In this document: in pieces, positions 1-12,194 of the stretch
Position numbering within the stretch: the first letter of the stretch is position 1
How the letters are laid out: each line of letters starts with the position of its first letter
From: Pavona decussata
Lineage: Eukaryota
Reading direction: 5' to 3'
DNA: 64,000 nucleotides
Assembly (NCBI GenBank): GCA_977016875.1
Contig: CDRNST010000064.1
Location: 186,001 to 250,000, forward strand
The notes under the pieces: generated by a model
Database searches by the model: none
What the model was told of the DNA's origin: nothing
What the model saw: only the letters and a program-made list of their open reading frames with translations
Program-made: the position numbers and the translations under genes

Positions 1-452
1 TGAAAATTTTGAATAAAGATGTACACACTAATAGCCCATTTTCAAACTAATTACAACCGTGCAATTGCTTACTTATCTGATCTTTCAGTTATGGGTCTGG
101 GTTGGCTTTCGGTTGTGTGGTTTGTTCATATTGGCTGGTATCCATTGGGTATTTGTCTGATTATTCGGTTAGTCACTCATTGGCCTTAGTGGTTTCAGCG
201 ATATGCTCACTCCCCTTTCCGTCTGTCTGTCCCTTCCCAAATTTCCGTATGGTTCAGTTATCTTCACTAGTACTACTAGTGACACGGCTTTCTACAAATA
301 AATTAGCTTTCTACATGGGCTTAATCTTTAAAAAAATAAAATTTAAAAGCTATATTAAAACATCAGAAAGTTTCCCTTCGTGTTTTAATATTAAAGCAGC
401 AATGCTCTTGAGAGAGACTTCATCTGGCTCCCCCGATCTGACACACAAAGAA

Positions 453-977
453 CCTAGCCTTTGTTAAATAAGTTTTGTCGTTACAGCAGACCTACTGTAT
501 TTGTCATCGCACAACAGAACAGAGACTCGTATATACTTCTAGCTGTACTATCCTTTTACACTCACGTATTGGCACACACGTTTTACGAGTTTTGTAACTG
601 TAGTTCTGGCTGCTGTTCCTTTTCTAGTCGTTTTGAATAGAGTTGTTTTTTACAATAGGATAGGAGTTTTACTAGTTTGATGAGCTTTCACGTCGATGTA
701 AACGTTCGCAGAACTTATTCGTTTTGTTTGAAACTATTTTGAATAGCTCCGCTAGTTACAAATATACCTGGCTTGTATCATTGGTTGATTTTGTGAGTTT
801 TGATTAAACTGTGTGGATCCATTTTTGTGTTTGTCATTGCTGTTTTTCGAGTCTAGTTTAGTAGATCCTGAGGTACCTGGAATTTGTGAAGAGATTCCGT
901 TCCCACAGGTTAAGCGAGTTGCCGAACTAAGTTTTCCCAAGTTGCCCGACGCTACATTGGAAAAGTCTATCGTCACA
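453..977 (+). repeat. 5' LTR of the Gypsy element (left end truncated)
   Basis: Aligns by eye with 8025-8554, with many substitutions and indels. Ends in ...CGTCACA and is followed by GTGAGTAGAGAACGTAGG, a possible decayed primer-binding site. Confidence 0.82.
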
Positions 978-2081
978 GTGAGTAGAGAACGTAGGTAGCT
1001 TCATATGAATTAGTTTGGAAGTCTGTCTTCAAAGATAGCTGAAATCCGCATCGTTTTTCACCCGAGATGTAAATCCCGTGGAGCGAGAAGACAGAAGTCG
1101 CCCAAGTCTGGTAAGAAGGCCATTACGAAGAGACTACCGAGATATAATTTAAGAAGTCGAACGATAAACCATTCCACTATTAAAACAAGTACTCCTAAAG
1201 TTAAAGTTAATAAAAATATTCAAGCCGACTTATCTGAAGAAGATAATTATACACGTTCGTTATTTGCCGAATTGTCTCTCTGCACATCGCCAAACTCCGT
1301 CGCACCACAGAAAAGTTGCGTAAGATCCAGGGAATTCTAAACACCCGACGCTACGAAACCTTCAAATTCCACGGCCCTCACCACGCTTGATCGCTCAGAC
1401 ATTACTACCAGAAAACCCATAGATATCGGCCTCGATCCAAGTGGTGTTTTTATTCTTTGCTCAAGTGTACAAGTCGCAGCGAGTCCATTGAATTCGCCAA
1501 ATCCGCCCGAATTTGGTCCCGAAGATTTTCAATTCTTTTGTTCCAGAAGGCCACAACAGTCCAGTCCGGCCCGCGTCGCATTACAACTCGAAGACATTTC
1601 CGATTCTGACGATATAGAGGAACCAGAAAACCAGAATAATAATAAACAGAAACCCGAATTTACACAGCCTCCGAGCATCAATTCTGCTGCCGATCTGGCG
1701 AAGTTAGTGTCGCGTAAATCGACGGACAGCGAATCAGATACCAGTGAGAATTCTAAATCAAGTGCTGGCGAAGACGACATCATCAGTGAGACAATTTAAA
1801 CGGGCTCAGTGGTAACGATAGTTACGAAACCATGGATCCAGTATTTGGTAGACATATACAAGACCAGATAGCCTCCATACGAGCCCAGCCTTAACAGCAA
1901 CAAATGAAACAAAACCGGACAAGTCGAGCAGTGGAACAAGCGCCAGTCCCTGAATCCGAGACTACGTGAAGACCAGTTCCTTTCTACGGTTTTGATTTTG
2001 AATGAACGGCTTGACAAGGTCGAACATTATTTGCAATGAAGACGGATCGATAACACGACCTCCACAGCAGTTGCTGCGTTA

Positions 2082-2553
2082 AGGCTGGTTTCCATATGAT
2101 CGCAGATCGCAGATCGCAATAAGGTCTGCGATCGTCTGCGATCATATGGAAACTACTTCTGCGATCGTCTGCGATCCTGCGATCGTGATCGCAGACGATC
2201 ACAGAAGATAGAACCATGTTCTATCTAAAGGCTGGTTTCCATATGATCGCGGATCGCAGATCGCAGATCGCAAACAATCGCAATTGATCGCAGGCGATCG
2301 CAGGAGATAGAACATGGTTCTATCTTCTGCGATCGTCTGCGATCACGATCGCAGGATCGCAGACGATCGCAGAAGTAGTTTCCATATGATCGCAGACCTT
2401 ATTGCGATCTGCGATCCGCGATCATATGGAAACCAGCCTTTAGATAGAACATGGTTCTATCTTCTGCGATCGTCTGCGATCACGATCGCAGGATCGCAGA
2501 CGATCGCAGACCTTATTGCGATCTGCGATCCGCGATCATATGGAAACCAGCCT
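2082..2553. mobile_element. Nested palindromic MITE, PIF/Harbinger-like (TTA target duplication)
   Basis: Terminal inverted repeat AGGCTGGTTTCCATATGATCGC...GCGATCATATGGAAACCAGCCT, with TTA on both sides (2079-2081, 2554-2556). A second copy of the same TIRs lies inside at 2229-2439. Removing the insert rejoins the gag-like sequence (QQLLRL|VLNLAGPAEDFF). Confidence 0.85.
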
Positions 2554-3263
2554 TTAGTCTTAAATCTCGCGGGACCTGCCGAAGACTTCTTTTATCCCTT
2601 GCCAGCCGATGGAAAAGGAACTTTTGCACAATTACGCAATGAACTGAGAGAGCGATTTTCAAACGACAACCAGAGTGGGATTACCTGGCAAGCGATCTCC
2701 ACTCGACAACGAGGTGCCCTGGAACTACTCAATACGTACTTAACCGATTTAACAAATACGTTCCGAAGATTGAATATCGCATATTGTTCGTGGTCTGCAT
2801 TCGTTCTTTTGAGACAACCAACAACTTCTGCGAAGCAGAAGAGATCGCAAAGCTAACTGCTGCTGTTAAAACTGCTATAGCGACTGTTTAGGGACCCAGC
2901 TTGGCTAATCCAATCAACAATCTCTCGAAGTTTGTACATATCATTCTGGCCGCGAATTGTTGTAACACAACGTCGACGAACGATGCTTGAATGGCCACGA
3001 TAGACGATTAGGCGAGCAAAACTTGGCGTCCCAAGTGGACAGAACACCACTGCTGCTGCTGCTGCTGCAATCCCCAATGTCGTTCTTGGCTCTCTTACAG
3101 TAAATCCAGAAAACCCGCCCGCAGGGGTTGAGACTTTAATCGCCAAATTGACTCCAAGACCAACAACCTCAAAACAAATTGTCGCTGAGCTGAAGGACTA
3201 TTCTGGAGAAAAAGCCTGAATAATGAACCAGATGAGAAGCAACCTACAGCAACTGAAAGACAT

Positions 3264-3264
3264 G

Positions 3265-3305
<41 letters not shown>
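3264..3305. repeat. (ATA)n microsatellite
   Basis: About 14 uninterrupted ATA units inside gag. Confidence 0.95.
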
Positions 3306-6229
3306 CTGATACAAAGTCTGGCCGTAAAAAAGATGCTAGGATACGTGGACTTGCCCGCCGCAATGAACCGCCTCGTGCTAAAGCACCCAGAGAGAGAACT
3401 CCCAATGGCCGACCGGTGTGCTTTATAATGAACAGCGCATTTACAAGCAAGTTGCCCGGAACGCAGGAATCAAGCAGAACGTCAACAGCCTTAACAGCAA
3501 TAGCGCACGAAAGGACCGGGTTATTCCCCGAATTCAAATTATAATCAATCTCATGATTATTACAGAAATTTCTCCGCTGAAGAGAATCGCCGAGACCAAC
3601 GTCTGGTTTAACCTTGATAAGGGCATGCACGACAATAATTATGTTGCTCCACTCCAACTAAACTTTGGCCAAGAAAGGAAGACTTGCTCCGATAGAACCA
3701 ATTCAAGCGCTTTACACCGGCAAGCAATTGCTACAATTATCTCCAAAAATGCTGTTTTTATTTTAACAAAGGCCTCAGAACACCGTGGATTTAAATGAGG
3801 AATTTGCCATTCACCTCCAGTGTCTGTCGCCTAGAAATCGGAAGCGCCTAGAGGTACACACCGCCAACGTTGAACAGGACACCCAACAAGATGAGTTCAA
3901 TGATCGATTTCAGTTCCCAAATGACGTACGATGGCTCTTGAAACCACCCTTCCGAACAGGGTAGAAATTCAAGTTCAATACAGACCGTTAGTCGCTTCTG
4001 GTGTCCACTTAGCCTTGTAAGATCCCAACCAGTCCAACATTGAAGAAATGTCTGCTCACCTTCACTTAGACTTCCATCGTCATACCGACGATGCCGAGTT
4101 GAACCAAGGACGCGAACGAGCTCAGGTCAAAACAGGTCCCAAATTACAGCTTAAACAGCAGAAGTCTCCACCCAAAGAAACAACTGTCGAACCGGAAGTG
4201 ACGTTAACCACTAGTGGAATTCTACCGGAAGTTGAGAAACGTTCGGCCCAGATCACGGTTTCGTTGTCACATACCAATGAGAAGTCATTTTATACCAAGG
4301 AGATTGTAGAAGTGAGCCAGGTGCCTGTGATGCCCACCTATCCGTCCAAGGGTAACGCTCCAAGCCCAAGGATAGCCAAGGACCTGATACAGAGCTTAAA
4401 CTTAGCCAAAAGAAACCCTTTCTTCCTTCTCCACAGTTCCTGAGTTCTGCAGTTGAAGAAAATGTTGATTTTACTTTCCAACTAGTTACCCAAGACGAGT
4501 ATACTACTCACGATAAGATTTCTCCTTCATGCGATTTGTTGTATCACATGCAAGCCGGTGGGACTACAGCATCACATCATGACACTAACGGTTGTCACCG
4601 CAGTCTCCACGCAGCATGAACCTTAGCTCCCGAACATTACACAGAGGACAAGCGTACAGCCAAAACCCAGGGATCTCACACTGTCCGCCCAGTGAAATGC
4701 ATAGATGTTAAGCTCCTAGTAGACACCGGCGCAGGAATTTCAGTCATCGATGAACAATTTCTTACCGGACTTTATGGAGGAAACGTGCCTACTTTACACA
4801 CAAGCAGTTATTCACAAGTTAAAACTGTCAGCGGCGAAGCCTAGCCAATACTTGGTACGATGAAAGTAACTCTGCAGGTAGCAGGTGGAAACTACCCTTG
4901 TGAATTTCACTTTGTCAGAAATCGCTCACATGAAGCAGTCTTAGCCTTAGATTTTCTTCGTGCAAACGGAGCCGTCATCGATTTAAGGAAAGGGACATTG
5001 CAGTTAGATGACAGACCTGCTACTTCACACTTAGAAGGGGCGTGTCTGATCCACGTGTGGTCCACGTGTATAATCCCACCAACCTCTGAATATGTAATCC
5101 CAGCTGGCTTGGCACAATGGGTTTACTAGAAGCCTCCCACCGTCTTGTCGAGCATTATTAACTTCAAGGCGCAGCTTCCCTGGTTACACTGTCGCCTGAT
5201 CTTACTGTTCCATTCCGACTTATTAATCCTACATGTAAGCCGGTCACATTGTATAAGGACGCAACACTGGGGACTCTGCTACAAACAGACAATCAAGCGT
5301 CCAGAGAGAAGATCGCTTTTATCACTCACGTCGGTCTGTTTTAGTTTAATGTTATTGCGTTTGATCTTTGCAATCCCCCTAGTTGTTTTCAGCGCCTTGT
5401 ATAATGCGTCATACGTGGGTTAAATTGGAGAAAAGCGTTGATTTATCTGGATGAAGTTTCGGTCTTCTCTCGTACCTTCGAGGATCGTCTCCAACACTTA
5501 CGTTTGGTCTTTCAATGCTTCCGTGAAGCTGGCCTTACATTGAAGCTAGCAAAGTGCAAGTTTGTCCAGCGTCAAGTCAAAGATCTGGGTCATATCATCT
5601 GAAGACGGAATTCTTCCTGATCCCAGCAAAGTGAGTGCCATCAAAGTGTACCCTGTTCCCTACTCCGTCAAGGACGTCTGCTCTTTCCTGGGTATCTTGA
5701 ATTATTATCAGAAGTTTGTCAAGGATTTTGCCAAGATTGCTGCCTGTCAGTTTGGCTTTGATGTTTTAAAGCAAGCCTTAACACAAGCTCCTTTTCTAGC
5801 CTTTCCCGATTTTTTCCGTTGAGTTTACTTTAGCCACCGATGCAAGCGATCATAGTCTCGGCTATGTCCTGGGACAGGTACAGAATGGACGCGAAGTGGT
5901 GATTAGCTATGGCGGTCGATCTCCCCTCTCTGCCAAGAAGAATTATTCCGTTCCCCCCCCCGCCCCCCCCCCCCTCCCCCCAAAAAAATGCTGGCCACGG
6001 TATCGGGGTTCCCTTCAAGATCTTCACACATCATAAGGCCGTTTAATGGTTCATGCAGTTAAAGGAACCAACCGGACGTCTAGCTCATTGGGCTCTCCTT
6101 TTGGGCTCTCCTTTTACAGCAGTACGACTTTGAAATCACTCATCGCTCGGGACGTTCTAATGGTAACGCCAAGGCTACGACCCCATCGTGGCAGCCATTG
6201 ACTCACCTGGCTTACAGATCGACAGGGTG

Positions 6230-7550
6230 AGAGCTCATTGGTTCTGTCGCCCGATGAACGCCCGTCTGCAGCTCAGTCACATTCCCTCTTATTTTCCCGC
6301 CAGAACCAGGCTTGGGACCCTGTTTCCCGTCATATAATCGCACCTGAGACGTCTCCCGCACGCTCAGTGGAAGCGTGGGATGCGTTCGTACAAGCACCGA
6401 CCTCCACGCTTCGCACTGCAGCATCTTTGAGCTTCTATCACGTACCAGTGCCTCACAAATTGTAAACTCTTCCGCCCGACACGCCTACTTCACATATTAC
6501 CTCACTAGCTTCCCCACGGGAATTGTCGCTCGTCTCCAAGGAACCTTCACGCTGGTTATTTCTGTTGTTGTCTGCATCTTATTTTCATGGCGACCGGAAG
6601 TGAATTTGACGCTACTGGAATGAAGTTTCTTTTTACCCTACAGATATGATGATCCCTAAAAATTGTACCGCACGACAGAGTTACTCAGCTTACATATGGA
6701 TTTACGTCCTTCTACACATGGTAGTACTCCTACTCTAAATTCCTCATGTGATCGACAGCTAGGTCAATTTTACAATCAAGTGCTTATTTTTTTAAGGAGT
6801 GAAGCGCGCTATTAATCGCCTTCTTTCTCTTCACGGTCTAACTACTTTTTCAGAATGTGATAGCTATTGGGACGATTCTACAATTATGTCACAGGTCTAT
6901 CTTATGGGTTGGATTAGCCACGCGCTATTATGCAAGTTACCTTACTGGGTGCAAAACATGTCGCACTGCAAAATGTTATGTCCGCTCCTTCTCAAGAGCT
7001 TCCCTGGCTTCAAAGTCGACAGTAACAAGAGAGCTTCCTATGCCATGCTGGTCTGGCTTTGATTCCGCGGAAGCTATAAGAGTTAGCAGGTGGTCACTGT
7101 GGTATGGCTCTCATACATGCTCTGCAGACATTCGATACAGTTATGAGTGAGTCACACGCTTTGATTAAGACAGTACATGGACAGGTCACGTATTTAACTT
7201 TCAGACGGATCTGGTTCATGGGCTCTATCTTTATGCATCGGGACTACCACAAGGGGTTCCTGATCACCGTCTCATGCCATACCATAGGCGACATTCTCTT
7301 TGAGGATTGAATGATCTGGGCGGTCCACCACTCGCTCTTGTACTGTTCCTCAACAACCAGCAAAAACTAGACTTTTTTACTCGCAGCAACACAAAATAAC
7401 GCATCCGTGGCCTGCCCCATCACGTTTCGGACCTTGGACGAACTCGGCTGCCCGTTTCTCCACAAACTCAACCCTTTCCCCACCGCACGACTAACCACCA
7501 TCGAAAAGGCTCAAACGTATGCTAGCTGGTTGGCAGTTGAGCGAGGACTG
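6230..7550 (+). pseudogene. Frameshifted third ORF of the Gypsy element, env/fusion-glycoprotein-like
   Basis: Lies between the pol remnant and the 3' LTR. Fragments show a hydrophobic stretch (TLVISVVVCILFSW), then a Cys-containing region (LNSSCDRQLGQFYNQVL; KRAINRLLSLHGLTTFSECDSY; CKTCRTAKCYVR), CHAGLALIPRKL, GGHCG and an amphipathic helix (LIHALQTFDTVMSESHALIKTVHGQVTYL). No pol motifs. Confidence 0.55.
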
Positions 7551-8024
7551 TGTTAACTCCTAGAGTACGGTAGACCACAACAACCAAACAACAACAAAAA
7601 AACCCTAATAATATCTAAAAAAAAAACAGATTATGATTATCGTTTTGTATATTATTCATTTCATTTATTGCAGTTGATTTTTCCCTACTATATGTGCATG
7701 TTTTCGGTTTTGTTTTCGTATCGTTTTACTTCTCATTGATTCCGGAAAGTTGCAACTAAGGTTGGCAGAATGTTACGGGAAAAATTACATGTTGGGGAAT
7801 ATTTAATGGGAAACTTCATTATTGTACTGAGATAAAATGAATCGGATCCAAACACTCTTACAACTGTTTGTTCAAGTATTCTCTTGTTAATACAATAGGT
7901 TGTCATTTATGTTTGCTTTTCGTTTCTTTGTATTTGCATAATTTTTCTTGTTTTGATTTTTTTTGTTTGATTTAAAATATTGCTGGACCCAGCTTGTTTA
8001 ACTAAGATTATGTATTTATCGATA

Positions 8025-8554
8025 CCTAGGCTTTGTTAAATTAGTTTTGTCGTAACAGCAGACCTACTGTATTCGTCATTGCACGATAGAACAGAGACTC
8101 GTATGTGCCTCTAGGTGTACTATCCTTTTACCCTCTTTAAATAGAATTCGTAGCGTATGCGATCACGTATTGGAACAGACGTTCTACGAGTTTTTTAACT
8201 GTAGTTCTGGCTGCTGTTTTTTCGCAGTCGTTTTGAATAGAGTTGGTTTTTACAATAGGATAAGAGTTTTACTAGCTTGATGAGCTTTCACGTCGATGTA
8301 AACGTTCTCAGAACGCCAATTATTCCTTTTGTTTGAAACTGTCCTGCTCGTATTAATGGGTTGATTTTGTGAGTTGTGATTCAACTGTGTGGCTCCATTT
8401 TTGTGTTGGTCATTGCTGTTCTTCGAGTCTATTTGTAGCAGTTTCGGAGGTACCAGGAATTTGTGACGAGATTCCGTTCCCACTTGCTAAGCGAGTTACC
8501 GAGCTTAGTTTCCCCGAGTTTCCCGACACTACATTGGAAAAGTCCATCGTCAAA
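8025..8554 (+). repeat. 3' LTR of the Gypsy element (true left edge may lie further upstream)
   Basis: Direct-repeat match to 453-977. Confidence 0.82.
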
Positions 8555-11280
8555 GCGCCATGCTAAAGAGCGAGATATCTCAACCCCTCGAGCAATCTAG
8601 CATATTAAGACCATTTAATTAAGAGGCCCAGCTTAAAGCTTTGAGGGGTCTCTCCACAACTTATCTTAGCTTCTGTGAAGTATTTCCACAAACGGTTATG
8701 AATAGCAGAACCAATGAAAGGTTTCTGACTCTCAGTCCTACCGCAGTCGGTAGCTCTAAATAAATATCCATCTCCCAGCTTAATATTCAACAACTTACAA
8801 ACAGGTATATAGTATCCCACCCAGGAAACTGAATGTTCCCGTAACAGTTCCCAAACGAATAGACTAGGAGTATTGTCCCGTTAAGAATTGGTCAAGGCTG
8901 AATACCTTACGATCCTACTAGATTGGGCACAAGGCAAAGCACGATCCCCTATGGAAAAATTGACAAGGATGAAGACAACGTCCCAAACTATAAATTAACT
9001 TATGAATTACGAGAAGATGGTCACTGCTCTCTATATAACACCAGAGAAAACTAACAAGAAGGGAAAACGTTTACGAAAATTAAAAGCAGTGCCTGTGAAG
9101 GCATAATCTCCCCTCTGGCTTTTTTCTCTCGAATAAATTTGATATAATCCTTAGAGTCATGAAGACGCCCAATATTGTTAAAAATAGTTTAAGAATTCCT
9201 AGCAAAGCATCTAACGACCCCGCAGCTAAACAAAGTGGACAACTTCAGAACAACGATGGACGGTGAACTACAGTTCTGCATGATTTGTTCTTAGTTATTA
9301 GGAACCTGATTATATTGCCTAATGCACAGGAAAAAACGCATTCCGGAGGCGACAGGGGGGCCAAGAAATACGGGAGCAGCTGTTCAAGGGCGGACGTCTC
9401 AGTGTAGCTGATAGGGCTTGCCTCCAGACAGAGGAGAAAACTATCGGAAACGCATGGATATGACTGCATGGTCCACACACTTAACAAGTATAGGGGTCTG
9501 TTTAGGATTTGTGCGCGAACAACAAGCTTCTCAAAAGCAAGCATCAAAGTCATTTGGATTTTAACAAGCTGGGCATCGTCAGGCAGATTTCTAAGGTCCT
9601 GGAACGCAGGAATAAAAGGACGTCGTTGAACATGCACAAAGTCTCGGCCTCTAACAATACTTGTGGAACGCCCAGAGGTCCCATTGCAGAGAACGCGGGA
9701 CCCATTCTTGAGATCGCCTGGAGGAGAAAACAACAGCAAAACCGAACCCTTCCTGACCAATACTAATTAGCTAATCACCAGGGTCCTGAGGGTTGCCCAC
9801 CAGAATGGCCTAGGGCGAATATCCGGGACGAGATATTCGAGCGTGAATGCACCGTGGAAATCCTGATCGAAAGTCGGGAATACATAAATATTTTATTCAG
9901 CAGGCATGGGATTAGCGAAATAGTTTACCCCCTCTAATCAGAGCGTATAGCGAGGTAGAGGATTCCCTCTCCCGTTTCTCTTGCAATTCGTATCGAGGGA
10001 TATCAAATCGAATCTACGGGGGGGGCGAAAAATGCGTTCTAAGTATAGCCACACTTTGTAAGAAAGCAAGCAGTCCAGGTCAGAACATCTCTGTGAGGCT
10101 CAATAGCTGCATTTTGTTCCGATGACAGGTAAAAAATCTGGATACTGAAATTTCGGTGCCGACTACAACAGAATATCTCTTTTACAACCTCCATGAATGC
10201 AGAATTTTGCAATAGTTGCCGACTAATGCACAGTTACGGAGTCGATTAAAAACATGAATATCAACCCGAGAATTTGACAACCCATACTTAGATGCAATAA
10301 GAGCATTCAACAAAGCCCTTGACTCCAAGTGATTTATATCGCCAGCTGACTCTGAGAGAAAATAATCCCTAGAGACAAACTTCTGCCCACTTTGTAAGGA
10401 GCTATGTGGACTGAGCCCCAAGTGCGTGTAGACGGGTCAGAGAAAAGAAAAACTGAAAAACATGCTGTTCAGAGTGCCAAAGGCAAGCAATCCCACTGGC
10501 TGTCTAGGAAACATCAGTACAAAATCCCCGAGCGGATACTTCCTTCAACATAGAGAAACGGATTTGAAGAACAACAAAGTTAGGAGACTACCTTAAATTT
10601 TTCCCGGATAAACAGCTTACAACCGAGAATAGCCAAACCAAACGAAATCACCTTCACTGTGAATATCTGAAGCATTTTAGCATCAATATAACGGGAAGAC
10701 AAAATCTCCACCCGAAGGGTCTTAAGCTTGAGCCTATTATCCGGTAGAATGCAGGTTTGGCGAAAGGAATCACAAAGAAACCTAAGAAAATTAACACTTT
10801 TGAAGGAACACATTGCGATTTACTAATACCAATAAATTAATGGCCCCAGCAAGCACTCTGCTAGGGGACGCGCTCTCCTTCCAACCAAATGGAAGGGTAC
10901 AAAACACCAAGCAACACCATCCCATTCAAGGCTAAAATAATTACGCGACGACGAATGGGGAAGTACGTACCGATGCCACTTTTGGCACTGAATGACGTTT
11001 GACAATGCCCAGGAAGTTAATATCTGGGCAAGTCTACAAGAGGATCAAGCCTAAAGTGAAGGTCTCCTATCCACAGGTTTAAAAACCCTTCATCATGGCA
11101 CAGACAAGGCTAAGAGCGCTCCACGGTGAAAAGGAGGACAAAATGTGGAGAAGCAGCTTTGGCTTTGTTAACCCTTCCCTAAACCACAAGCACCCAGCGG
11201 AAACCCATTCGAAAATGGTACAGTGACAAAACTATGAAATTGCTCAGAAATCCGTCGGGACGCTAAAATGGGTGGAAAAT
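8555..11280 (-). mobile_element. Decayed DIRS-type tyrosine-recombinase retrotransposon (RT, RNase H, methyltransferase-like domain, YR)
   Basis: Minus strand. RT: LCHDEGFLNLWIGDLHFRLD (~11040-11110) and SSRNYFSLEWDG. RNase H: RDYF....DINHLESRALLNAL. MT-like: FDLISLDTN...LPRYT...GVNYFANP...NIYVFPTF...VPDIRPRPFWWATL (~9780-10020). YR: NFSIGDRA (~8940-8970), GYLFR and GETPQSFKLG (8605-8820). Gag remnants may extend to ~12050. Confidence 0.88.
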
Positions 11281-11307
11281 AACGAATAAGTAAAGGTTTG
11301 GTTATAC

Positions 11308-11495
11308 ATAGACAAGTAAAGATAAACGATAAAAAGGAACCACGTTTCGGGGTCGTCATGACGCCATTATCAAGTTCGAAGTGATAGGAATAATTGACAT
11401 TGACTTCAATTATTTCTATCACTTCGAACTTGATAATGGCGTCATGACGACCCCGAAACGTTGTTCCTTTTTATCGTTTATCTTTACTTGTCTAT
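11308..11495. repeat. Near-perfect inverted repeat (90-bp arms, 8-bp loop), probable Penelope-like pseudo-LTR remnant
   Basis: Arms 11308-11397 and 11406-11495 are reverse complements with 2 mismatches seen. Loop is CATTGACT. Confidence 0.93.
11426..11466 (+). ncRNA. Minimal type I hammerhead ribozyme motif (U3-A8 variant)
   Basis: GAAC-UUGAUAA-U-GGCGUC-AUGAC-GACCCC-GAAAC-GUU^GUUC. Stem I is GAAC/GUUC, stem II has 5 of 6 pairs, stem III is the loopless palindrome AACGUU, and the cleavage triplet is GUU. The mirror copy on the minus strand (11337-11377) has GUG at the triplet. Confidence 0.65.
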
Positions 11496-12194
11496 AAATA
11501 ACGAATACCCAAGCTAAAAATTTAACCTATACGGATGAAACGCCAAACCAAAAACTACTTCGAAATGTAACGGAAGAAACCAAACGTACCAAATTGTAAC
11601 CAATATACAAGTAGTTTACATCAGGGGACCCATTCACAAGGAACTCACCCATCACTGCATAAGTTAAAGATATGGGGAAAGTTATAAAACTTCCGCCCCG
11701 CACGTGGGGAATTTGCCTTTGATCTTAGGATGTCCGATACGAGTGCAAACTACCCAGAAGAATCCACTCATTCAGTGCCATTCAGTCGTCTCTCAAGCGA
11801 CTCAACTCGTAGTTATCATTGGTCTCTGCGGCCTCTGAATCGATTGAACCCTAAGAAATTGAACTACTTCCTGACATTTCTTACTCGTGATAAGTATTAA
11901 AACAGAACAAACGTGGACTTTTTGCATGGGAAAATCATCACCAATGAAGAAAAACTCGGTTCCCCGGCTGATATCATCAGTTTGTTAGGACTCAGACCTC
12001 TCGCAGCGCGGTAGTGAGCGAGAACATCGCGACTTTAAACGTCCACAGCAATGGGAGGATTTTATGAATTTTCTTAAGTTTTGTTTTAATCATCCCCAAG
12101 TCGTTTACATTTTGTCATAATGCAAAAACAAATTTAGGGATTAGGGGTACTTTAAGCAATGTATACTGCAAATACTGATTCGATAATTTCGTAC

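Larger units (their letters stand above)
453..8554 (+). mobile_element. Decayed Gypsy/Ty3 LTR retrotransposon (gag, protease, partial RT, RNase H, integrase deleted, extra env-like ORF)
   Basis: Direct repeats ~453-977 and ~8025-8554 share CAGCAGACCTACTGTATT...ACATTGGAAAAGTC(T/C)ATCGTCA. Gag-like segment ERFSNDNQS...LTDLTNTFRRLNI at ~2580-2780 and a decayed Zn-knuckle region (RTPNGRPVCF) near 3400. Aspartic protease LLVDTGAGISVI at ~4713. RT/connection IYLDEV..FSRTFED..HL..VF...GLTLKLAKCKF...PDPSKVSAIK..P.P.SVKDV.SFLG..NYY.KFVKDFAKIA at 5420-5745. RNase H end GRLAHWALLL..QYDFEITHRSG..NGNA at 6060-6170. Many stops and frameshifts. Confidence 0.92.

Noticed and set aside
752-998. Paired ORFs at 752-998 and 8250-8566 as duplicated genes
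   Set aside because: They are translations of the two LTRs.
1984-2642. Repeated MVLSSAIVCDHDRRIADD ORFs as a peptide family
   Set aside because: By-products of the palindromic MITE.
3244-3657. Poly-tyrosine protein
   Set aside because: Antisense translation of the (ATA)n microsatellite inside gag.
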